DNA of 35,391 bases from contig JAUCBJ010007918.1 in the NCBI GenBank assembly GCA_032718475.1, positions 1-35,391 of the forward strand. Reading direction: 5' to 3'. A program made the position numbers and the translations under genes. Shown piece by piece: positions 22,777 to 33,800 of the stretch. Under the pieces are notes generated by a model. It was not told the DNA's origin. It searched no databases and saw nothing but the letters and a program-made list of their open reading frames with translations. The stretch comes from Nemertoderma westbladi. Lineage: Eukaryota; Animalia; Xenacoelomorpha. Every line of letters starts with the position of its first letter. Positions within the stretch are counted from its first letter, which is position 1.

Positions 22777-24972
22777 ACTACTACTACTACAGTAGGATCG
22801 GCATGCTGCATTGCAGCTGCATTTTTAAAAATGCTGTGCCGGCTTGTCGACAAAATTGCGCCACCACAACTCCCTATCACCCATGATATTTGCTAGATCA
22901 TCCGCATCTTCAAGGCCAGTGTGCTTTAAGATGCGTCTCAAGTAAGAAATGGGCTACCATTGTTATTCACTCCATGAGGCTGTCAAAGCACAAGATTATG
23001 CACTGGCTGGTCCTTCACTGGCGAAAGCAATGTCCTGCAAAGCGGAGGCGACTTTGTTCTAGTGTCAAGCTTGGGGGAACCAATGAGACACCTCCAATGT
23101 TATATAGTGTCTGGTTGGAGATGTGTGCATTGTACTTGACACAATGAACCCGGCGTAGCATTCTTGTGAATGTGCCATCCAAAGATTTGGTGTCCTCAGC
23201 AGTTAGAGCCCAGCATGGACTCCCATAGAGGAGTACTGGAACGACTGCTGCTCTAAATAATCGGACCTTAAGATTTCCGATTAATTCTCTGTGACTTCCA
23301 AATCCTGGAAAGCCTATTCAAGGCTGCCCATGCCTTTCCCTTACGTATTCGAATAAGGTCGTACGTAACCTGACTTACGGATCCATGATCCCAGGTAACA
23401 GAAGTCGTTCACATGCTCAAGCATACCATCCTTTGAGCTTATGCTCATCCGGTCAGAGACTTGCTGAGGACTTTCAAAGTTAACTGTCAACATTTTGGTC
23501 TTTATGGAGTTAATAAAAAGACCAACACTAGAAGCAGCTTGTTCTAATGAGCTGAGGAGCCGTTGGGCTCCTTCTAGTGATTCTGAGAGTACTCCTAAGT
23601 CGTCAGCAAAGTCTAGATCAGTTAGGTACTTGGCAGGATTTCCTCGACTTCTGGAGCCAGTAGGTGGAGTTATCATCACCCCATCATCATTATGATGATC
23701 TAAGGACATGCGTAGAACATAGTTAACCACATTTATGAACAAGAATGGTGCAAGTGTGTCTCCCTGGAGGACGCCCCATAACACTTCAAATGGTTATGTG
23801 TCACCGTCAAAAGTAGACACAAATGTTGAAGAACCATCGTATACTGATCTGATTGCTGCAATAATTTCATCAGGGATCCCATGTAATGAAAGTATGCTGA
23901 ACATACGTGAACGAGAGACTGAATCAAAGGCCTTGAAGAAGTCAACAAAGATAACAGCCACATTACCTAAAACAAAAATGCAACCGAGTACGCGATACAC
24001 ACTCTTACAGTACCAGAGCCAGTGCTTCAAACTTCTACCTCCCGAATTGTAAATCCTTTGAATCTGATACTTTCTTTTTTAACGGCATTAAAAATTGGAA
24101 CGCTCTGCCTAATGAAATTAAAAACCTAGATAATCAACATTCTTTTAAATCTGCAGTTAAATCTCACCTCCATGTGCAATGTAAAAATAGGTACAATAGT
24201 TCTACAGTAAGTTATTAGTTTATTAATTATTTACTATTTATACTGTAATTACGTTTTATATTAAATTGTTCTGTACATTACATCTTTATCGTTGAGTCGG
24301 ACATTGTCACGCTCTCGGTAAAGTTGTACATGTACATAATGTAATTACGTTTTATATTTGTTATAGGTTAGCGTAGTGTAATATTGTATTTGTAACCAAG
24401 TAACATAAAGGACTCCCTTGGAAATAAGCTGCAAAGCTTTAGGGGTAATCCTATATGTTATGTTGGACAATACCTTTATACCGGTACATTGTTTGGTGTA
24501 TTTGTTATTGTTTTTACATAATGTATAAATAAATCTATCTATAGCTAGATGCCTGTCTTTCTTTTTTGATAACTCTTCAATTATCCTTCTAAGTGCCAAA
24601 ATGGGCTCCATGGTCCCACGACCTTTACGGAACCCATTCTGATTTCCACGGAGCAGTCTCTCAATCGCCAATGGGATCCCTGAGGCGATTTAATAGAATT
24701 CTATTGTACTGTATAGCTTTGCAGCAATCGAGATCAATGAGATTCCCCGAAAAGAACCATAGAATGTTAGGTTGTCCTTCTTGGGAACTGGCACCAACTT
24801 ATTTGTTTTCATTTCTTGTGGGAATCTTGTTGTTCGGTACATGTCTACTATGATGGGATAGATGAGCTTTAAACACTCAGGTATATTAAAGACCTCAGGT
24901 GGAACACCATCTACTCCACTGGCACGATTGGTCTTAATGCTCTTTGCAGCAGCCTTCACTTCTGCAAAGGAG
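22777..24972 (-). mobile_element. RTE family-2 LINE, copy A (3' end intact, decayed RT)
   Basis: ASGVDGVP, QNGFRKGRGT, FVDFFKAFDSV, GVLQGDTLAP, DFADD, FCYLGS; C-terminus ...DRELWWRNFVDKPAQHF*; (TAG)n tail at 22777-22790. Confidence 0.93.
23961..24540 (+). mobile_element. 5'-truncated L2/Crack (CR1-group) LINE inserted antisense in RTE copy A
   Basis: 23961-24218 translates HYLKQKCNRVRDTHSYSTRASASNFYLPNCKSFESDTFFFNGIKNWNALPNEIKNLDNQHSFKSAVKSHL...*; 3' UTR with GGACTCCCTTGGAAATAAGC stem-loop, AATAAA and CTAT tail; absent from the equivalent site in copy B (about 28170). Confidence 0.88.
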
Positions 24973-27338
24973 ATAGCCGAGGGGCACTTGTATAATAACT
25001 AATAATCACGAACCCCGTCCTCTTATAATATACACCTAACTCTGCAGTAGTCTGTAGTAGTAGTAGTGGTGGTAGTAAGTAGTTGTAAAGGAGGTCGGTT
25101 TAAACCAAAGTGATAAAGTAACATTATTATATAACATAATCATATAGACAAAGTAGAATAAGATACGGATTCATTATTATTTTACCAAACTCATGTACTA
25201 CATACTTCAATGTGGCAATTGTAATAATAATTACACATTACTCTGATTACGCTGGGTTTGGTCCCATAATATATTATACTGACGTATTTTATATTAATAT
25301 ATCCATGCGAGTAAACAAGAATTGAAGTAAATGTTCATTATTATAGTTTTAAAAATTGAATGATATACCCAAGATAGTGAAATAGATAATATACCAGAAA
25401 TTGCCATTTGATCAGATGTATCAAAGCGGCGTCTTTAGTATAATACCGTAATAGTATCAATTCACTCTGTTATACAATGTAAATATACTAAATCTATTTA
25501 TAAATATATTATGAGCCCTACATTGTATATTTCTCCTACAGGTAGACAATGTAGTATGTTAAAACTTGATATAATTTGGTATAATGTATTACATATTACA
25601 AATAAGACTGAGGCAGCTAAACTATATTGCAAAGAAATCAAATAACCTAAAGTAATATACTAGACCCTCCCTCCACCCTATAAATAGTGTTCACCACCTA
25701 CCCCACCCAGCACCCTTATTACTACATAATAATGAAAGATAGTACCTGGCGCTCCGGTCATTCCGTTCCCTCTGCTGGGGAGGTTAAGTAGTAGGTTTTG
25801 ACACTATGCAAAATCCGAGCACAGAGTTAGAAGCGCATTGGATAGGCGAACATTTCTTGCAGTGAAAGTATTTCCATATCTGTTATAGTTTTCGAGATAG
25901 TCAGACATGAGTAGCTAAAATTTGAATTGTTTTTCGGTAAAGTCTGATTTCACCGGTACTTGTCATCCGAAATATGGATTGTGATATATCGTTAGATGCG
26001 GGTCCACTAACTGTAAATTCACATTTTTTCAAGAAAAAAATTCGATAAGGGTTTTCGAGATATTTTCGAATTACCCGAAGCATAATTTGGACGACCATAT
26101 CTCCGGTACCGGTAGGCCTATTGAGACGAAATTTTTTATAATCTACTTAGAACACTCCAGTGAATGTTTTTTAGTTTGAAAGTTTTGCCCCAAATTGCTT
26201 AGAAGTAATTTCGAAAAAACTGATCATTTCGCGATCATGATCTTTTGACCCCCTAGAATTGAACTTATTTATGGTCAAATTTTGGCTACCCCCCTAATTC
26301 GAGGGTGAGGAATCTTTTTGTAATGTTAAGTTTTTTAAACGGTCAACTAACAGGCCTTGGTCTTCGAAATAAAACCGAAAACATGATCTTTCCTGATCAT
26401 GGCCTGATCAAATCGCTTTTTGAAAATTTCGAAATGCTCAAAAGTTGCCCCTTCTTAATAGAAGTCGATTAGTAAAAAAAAATCGGGGGTCTCAAACAAA
26501 GTTTTCGAGAAAATCGGGAAAAACCGAAAAACACGATCTTTTATGATCAGGAAGCTGATCTCGAGAACCAGTTGACCGATCGAGCCAATTTTTTTTTAAT
26601 CAACTCAAAATAGACCATTGAACATTTCTTACAATGAATGTTTATTAAAAAAATGCTTAGATTCGATTTTAAAAATACTGATCTTTTCGCGATCATGATC
26701 TTGAGTTTTGACCCTCTAGACTTGAACTTTTTTATGCCCAAATTTCGGCTACCCCCCCCCCCCCCCCCCCCCCCCCTAATTCGAGGCTGAGGAATCTTTT
26801 TGTGATGTTAAGTTTTTCCATACGGTTGATCTCCCAGGACTTAGTCATCGAAATAAAACCGAAAACACGACCTTTTCTGATCGCGGCCTGATAAAATCGC
26901 TTTTTGGAAATTTCGAAATGCTCAAAAGTTGCCCCTTCACCATAGAAGTCGATTCGTAAAAAAAAAATCGGGGGTCTCAAACAAAGTTTTCGAGAAAATT
27001 TGAAAGAAACAAAAAACACGATCTTTAATGATCAGGTCTCAGATCTCGAGAACCGGTTGTCCGATCGAGCCAATTTTTTTTTAATCGACTCAGGGCGGTG
27101 TTCTGAACGTTTACTACAGTAATTATTTATATCCAAAATGCTTAGTTACGATTTTACGAAGTCCGATCTTTGTGCGATCATGATCTTGCGTTTTGATCAG
27201 GAAGAATTCACTTTTTTTTTAATCTTTTAACGGGAATCATGACTAATGTGGGGTCGCTGAATCTTTTTGTAATGTTAAGTTTTTCGATTGGGGCAAGCCT
27301 TGAGTGTCCGAATCCTGATCAAAACTGATCTTTGCTGA
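24973..27338 (-). repeat. Right arm of ~2.3 kb inverted repeat
   Basis: Reverse complement of 12742-15058; carries about 35 extra bp at about 27258-27292 and a longer poly-C run at about 26752-26776. Confidence 0.95.
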
Positions 27339-28783
27339 GATTATGCACAAGATTATGCACTGGCTGGTCCTCACGGCGAAAGCGATGTCCTGCCAAGCGG
27401 AGGCGACTTTGTCCTAGTGTCAAGCTTGGGGGAACCAATGAGACTCCTCCAATGTTATATAGTGTCTGGTTGGAGATGTGTGCATTGTACTTGACACAAT
27501 GAACCCGGCGTAGCATTCTTGTGAATGTGCCATCCAAAGATTTGGTGTCCTCAGCACTTAGAGCCCAGCATGGACTCCCATAGAGGAGTACTGGAACTAC
27601 TGCTGCTCTAAATAATCGGAACTTAAGTTTCCGATTAATTCTCTGTGACTTCCAAATCCTGGAAAGCCTATTCAAGGCTGCTCATGCCTTTCCCTTCAAA
27701 ATTTTGGTCTTTATGGAGTTAATAAAAAGACCAACTCTAGAAGCAGCCTGTTCTAATGAGCTGAGGAGCCGTTGGGCTCCCTCTAGTGATTCTGAGAGTA
27801 CTCCTAAGTCATCGGTAAAGTCTAGATCAGTTAGGTACTTGGCAGGATTTCGATTTCTGGAGCCAGTAGGTGGAGTTACCATCACCCCATCATCATTATG
27901 ATGATCTAAGGACATGCGTAGAACATAGTTAACCAAAATTATGAACAAGAATGGCGCAAGTGTGTCTCCTTGGAGGACTCCCCATAATACTTCAAATGGT
28001 TCTGAGTCACCATCAACTCAACAGTAGACACAAATGTTGTCGAACCATCGTATACTGATCTGATTGCTGCAATAATTTCATCATTAATCCCATATAATGA
28101 ATGTATACTGAACATACGTGTGCGAGAGACTGAATCAAAGGACTTGAAGAAGTCAACAAAGATAACAGCCAAATACCTGTCTTTCTTTTTTGATAACTTC
28201 TTTTTGATTTCTTTTTTCAATTATCCTTCTAAGTGCCAAAATGGGCTCCATGGTCCCACGACCTTTACGGAACCCATTCTGATTTCCACGGAGCAGTCTC
28301 TCAATGGGATCCCTGATGCGATTTAATATAATTCTATTGTATAGCTTTGCAGCAATCGAGATTAATGAGATTCCCCAAAAAGAACCATAGAGTGTTAGGT
28401 TGCCCTTCTTGGGAACTGGCACCAACTTATTTGTTTTCATTACTTGTGGGACTCTTGTTGTTAGGTACATGTCTACTATGATGGGATAGATGAGCTTTAA
28501 ACACTCAGGTATTTTAAAGACCTCAGGGGGAACACCATCTACTCCACTGGCACGATTGGTCTTAATGCTCTTTGCAGCAGCCTTCACTTCTGCAAAGGAG
28601 ATATCGCCAATGGAAATATCTGGGAGTACAGAACTCAGACACTTTTACTTCTATAAAGTTATCAGGAAATACCCTGTCCTGTCATTACTGAGGAGCTTTT
28701 CAAAGTGGGCCTTCCAACCATTGAGGCGATCGGCTGGTGATTCGGCCTTAACCTTGGTTGTTGGTTGGCTTTTCCGCCCGTTT
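27339..28783 (-). mobile_element. RTE family-2 LINE, copy B (lacks 3' end, extends further 5')
   Basis: Closely similar to 22989-24975; lacks the L2 insert; has a ~145-bp deletion at about 27696; 5' extension encodes KVKAESPADRLNGWKAHFEKLL. Confidence 0.93.
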
Positions 28784-30604
28784 TAGTTTGAGATTAGTTA
28801 AACATTCATGCACACCTACCTCCTCATTGCATTGCCATCAGTAGAAGGAACTTATTTTGACAGTTGTTTATAAAATTGAATTTCACTTAAGTCATACTTT
28901 GTTTGTAGAACTGAGTAGGCCTACTATTGTAGACTGATACTCTAAAAGACTGGAACTCAGATGACGAAATCTGTCAGATGATTTACTGTAAACGTGGAAC
29001 ATCTCTTTGTTCAGCTCGCTCAGCTCAGCCAATCAGAGCGATTTTCATTTTATCTTGTACAGAGGCCTACGGAAAACCGCGCAATGCATTACGGTTTTTG
29101 TTTACCTTTTCTGAGCCTCGGAACATCGGCTTAGAAATTCTTCTGTACTTCTGTGTTGGAAGTTTCAGACTTTGACCTAAACATCAGAAACATCAGATGG
29201 CTTTGATTACAAGAATGTAAAACTATTAACGCAACGCAATTCAACTACTGAAACATCGCAGCATACCGCAGCACACTGCATCACACCGCAAGTCAACATT
29301 GCTGCACATTGAGCACGGCATCAGTAACACATACTGACTGTTCACCGCATTATTTTACTTCTGTTATTAATTATTGTTAATTGGTGTATATTGCTGATAT
29401 ATTTGGAGAATACCGATGAATAATCATAAAACCCCCAATCTTCTTGATTACTGAAGGTTAGAGGAACAGGTTTACTGGTAGCAACTGCGACTTACATTAT
29501 AGTGGTTTTTGTGTGAATTAAATGCTATTTCATAATCCCTACATGTGTCAGTTGCGATCCTCCTTATATATGATCAAATTCAGTGAAGGTCGGCAGATCA
29601 GTGCGCAGTAGTGTGAAGTCGTGTGAAGTAGTGTGAAGGTTAATAAAGCATCTCCTAAAGAATGCGCTTTTTACGAGACTCAGTAGCCATCCAGTTGTGA
29701 TTAGTATAAGTCATAACTCTGTTTTATACTTAAAGCGCCACGTCCTAAAGGAACTGTTATTATTCCCCGAAAGTAAATATATTGTCAGAGATTATATATT
29801 AACGATCAGTCAAATAATACAGTAGGTCTACAGTGCAATCACTATCAAAGCATCCGAATCCAGTCTCCCTTAACTGTGGGTGAATGGTCGCGCACAGGCT
29901 GGCTTCGGCTGATGTAACTTCAGTACATTAAATAATTGATATACAAAAAGACAATTAAAATTGGCAGGTTAAACTGCTAAAGGTCTAAAAGCGCGAACAA
30001 CCCTCCAGGCTTGCCAGGCTTATATGGTGTATTTTTTAAATAGAATAAAATAGCCAAGCGCAGTGCGAATAGATGTAACTTTTGAAAACTCATTACGACG
30101 AAATTCATATTGTGTTACATGTCTGGAATATATTGCCAGCTTTCCATCAGTACCAACAAACAGCTATAAAGTAGAAGAATAACTGCGGTGGACGGGTGGA
30201 ATATCGCCGGAGACACTTTTTTCAAATGCTTGCAGCTAATGATTGAAAGCAAAAATTTCTGGCTCACTCATGGAGGAGGAGTGAGGTGAAACTATCTATG
30301 TTTCAAATTTCATGCAATCTCATTAAGATTTGTAGAAAATTTAGGGTCGGGGGTCGTGCCATTGAATTACGACATTTATTCCGGTGCATGGTGTAAGTCG
30401 GAACCGAGTTAGGAACTGTTATGAATACCAGTGTATGTTACTATGTTACATGGCATGGTATGTGCTGTACACTCACTACAAATTATCCATTTTGTTCGAA
30501 TTAATCCATAGTTGCCTAGACTAATATATCGTGAATAATAAATGCGGGAGCAAGGGTTTAAGCCTTCATACCAAAAATATAAATATTACAATTTAAATAT
30601 TATT

Positions 30605-30645
30605 GCCAAAATACGCATTTTGGGTTTCACACCCGTCTTCAGGGC
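30605..30645 (-). ncRNA. Decayed minimal hammerhead ribozyme, Penelope type
   Basis: Minus strand GCC CTGAAGA C GGGT-GTGAA-ACCC AAAA TGCG TA TTTT GGC: CUGANGA box, stem II, then CAAAATGCGT where CGAAACGCGT is expected (two CpG-type transitions). Confidence 0.55.
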
Positions 30646-30793
30646 TATTTAAAAACACAACAGAGCAAATTTAAATAAAATAATTTACGCCAATATATGT
30701 AGAATGGATAATTTAGAATCATACTATATTGTAGTAAAGTACGTTTAGACTAATATATAGGTCCTTTCAAATATTCAAAATACGAAATATGGT

Positions 30794-30799
30794 TTTATT
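30794..30799 (-). terminator. Candidate polyadenylation signal for Piezo
   Basis: AATAAA on the minus strand about 39 nt after the stop codon. Confidence 0.55.
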
Positions 30800-30837
30800 T
30801 TGCATTGTGTAACGTGTCTTCTTTCCTAATAATATCC

Positions 30838-33800
30838 CTATAAGCATTTCAGTTTAGTTAGTTGAATTAAGGTTTTCGGTGAGCGATATATATATATGAG
30901 CTGGGCGTAGAGGTCTTCTTCCAAGGTCAATTCCCCAACCTCTCTCACTAGATGTATGTTATGACACAACTGAAGAATAGGCTCTGGGTTCGGAATATCT
31001 TCATACATGATCATCTGAGTAGATCCTTCAACTAAAAACTGGCGAAGCAACTTACTGATTACGAACACAACAGAGATGTACAGAGCGGCTATAGACATTT
31101 GTAAATATGATAATCCAGGCACAACTGAAAAATCCAATGTTACATATAATTCTATGCCTTTGTTTTTCTTTTGAGAGATAATCCAGTATGCTGCACTATT
31201 GTCTTCTTTCAACTGAAGTGTAATGGTATTAATTGGGTCTAGTTCAGCATCTTCCGATTGGATGGAGAAATGAGTAAGGATGGGAACAACTCTAGTTTCA
31301 TTATTCGACTTGCCTTTGAGCAGGTCTCCAATTACTTCTGACGATATTATTTGATTAAATCTCTTTGTGACACTATCCTTGTGATACTTTGTTGTATTCG
31401 AGAGAAATACAGTCAACTCAAGGTGGATTCTATAATTTTCTGTTTTGTTCAGTAAATTTTGTCGAGCTGGTGATGTAATAGCCCACACAGTGGCACTACT
31501 CTCCTCGAATCTTAATTTGTACATATCAAGGTTGTTTAATTTATCAATGCGTTCTTGCGTTAAGCCTTGTCCATTCAATATTTTAGATTTTTCCTCTTGT
31601 GAGCATATGATAGGGTCAGTCATTCGACGCTGCCAAATAACATCATAACCATCAGACCCATGGGTGAAAAAAACCGCGGCACTTGCACCAATAGGTTTAT
31701 TGGATACTTTTAAAATATCACCTAGTGCATATAATATAAACGGGAACCAGATCATTATGTTTAGAAAAAGTATGAACATTACCCCTAAAACTAGCTTCCA
31801 TGCCATACTTTTCTTTTGACCTCTAGCATATGGAAAGGTCAATTCATAACCCCTATAGCATTTAGCGAGATATGCAATATTAAATATACACTCAACTTTT
31901 ACCCATCTGTCTAAAGAGAGTGCTGTGTCGGTCCACATCCAGTCCATTATGTATCGCATCTCTGCCAGAAAAGGAATCACCAGAAAAGTTTTGAAGAGGC
32001 AATATCTTACCATGGAAAATGAATTTGTTAAGAAGTTATTCAATATCAAGGTGGGATATCCGCTTCTTAACTGATATGCACTCAGTGCAAAGTAGATGTA
32101 CTTAAAAAGATACCAAAATTGTGCCGCTCTGTTTTCTGTTATTTTTTTTTTTGTAGATGCTGGCACCCATAAGAAAAGCCATCCATGGATTGTAAAAACC
32201 ATAATAATTTGGAGCAGAAATTTTCCCTTAATGAATTTATTGAGATACAGTGCCCTATCCATGAGTAGTAATGCAAACTGCAACATACCCAAACATAACC
32301 AAGTTGTTGATACCTTCGTATCTCTAAATATGGATGTAACATCTTCATTGCCCATGTTTGTACCTTGGCCAAAGAAGCTGCTAAAGCTGAAAACAAAAAT
32401 CAAGAATGCAACCAGATCAGAAAGGAACATAAACATGTACACATCATTTTGGGGTTTCATATCCGTGTTTGTCAATTGCTTGCAAAAGTTTGTAATATCT
32501 CCCATAAGTGTCTGAGGTTTTATGCTTTGTGTGGCCCTTATGCCTTTCATCGTTGGTTCTATTGGCATCCCTGAATCATAAGATTCTTTTGAAACGATGC
32601 TCTTGTCCGTAGGTAATTGACGTATGGTGGTACACTCTGTTAATACATTATTTCCATCTGTCCACAGACCATATATCTCAAGTACAAAAATATGAAATAT
32701 TATTGAGAAAAGAACTGCAATGTCGTAGCTATGCACACTTCTATCATCCCCCAAAAGTATAATGAAAAATGAATCTGCACTTGATGATAAATTCGAGTGA
32801 TATCCAATACGTAATATATACTTTATTATGATAACTAACGTCGCATATACTGCCATAAAAATCCAAAAATATTTACCAGGTCGTGGGATACACAACATTC
32901 CCCACAAAAGTGCTGCCAGTTGTAAAACCATAGAGAGAATTGAAGGGTAAAAGGTTTGATTTAACATGACGATGCAGTATACAATTATATTTGAGTACTT
33001 CACAGCGCAATGGTAGAGACCATACAAAATTCGTAGCAATCGTGGGTGGTTACTGTCCATAAAATCCTCACCCATGTTCTCAATTATGCTGGGTAATGTT
33101 GTCCTCTTCTTTCGGTAAATTGGTGCATATATTACTCTTTGATTGTACCAATCCTGTACACTTTCAAATGATTCTCCCTTCTCCATCTTTTCCCACATTT
33201 GTCTTCTTTCATATATTAATATTCTTGAGGTTGTTCTGAAATCAGCCGTTGTGTTATCGAGTAGGTCAATTAACTCGTCAATAAATATCATAAGCCTCCA
33301 ATATCCTGGTATGAAATCGTAGGCTATCGAAAGATCATCATCTTTTTGATGCTTCTTGATTAACAATGTTTGCATATCTTTATCCTTAGATTCTGTTTCA
33401 AATGAGTCTAAACTGTGAGATAATACAGGTTTATTGTTATCACTGTTCTTAGATGATGATGTATGATGGTTGTTCACTTCACTGATATTTTCAGGGCTCC
33501 CTACTTCACAATCGTATTTTTTTTGATGTAGTGATTGCCTTTGATAAGATGCAGTTGTATGACGACTTCTTTTAAAGATACCACTTATATCGGCATTGTG
33601 GCCTGTTAAGTCTTCCATAACTTCGTCAGAATAATCAAAGTACTCTCCTCTATAAATTGCTTGAACATGCACCTGTGGTTCTTTATAATGCTTCAAGATG
33701 CTTTGTTTATGTCTATATTTAATGCTAACAACAGCTTTCTTTAATTCTTCAACAATGCTTTGTTCCTCATGTCGACGAAGCCTAATTTCTTCTCTTGAAG

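Noticed and set aside
12742-27338. Giant 14.6 kb transposon with 2.3 kb TIRs capturing RSBN1
   Set aside because: No TSD at the outer ends, the left boundary falls inside a continuing GATC-rich repeat, the right arm is embedded in a LINE duplication, and there is no transposase inside.
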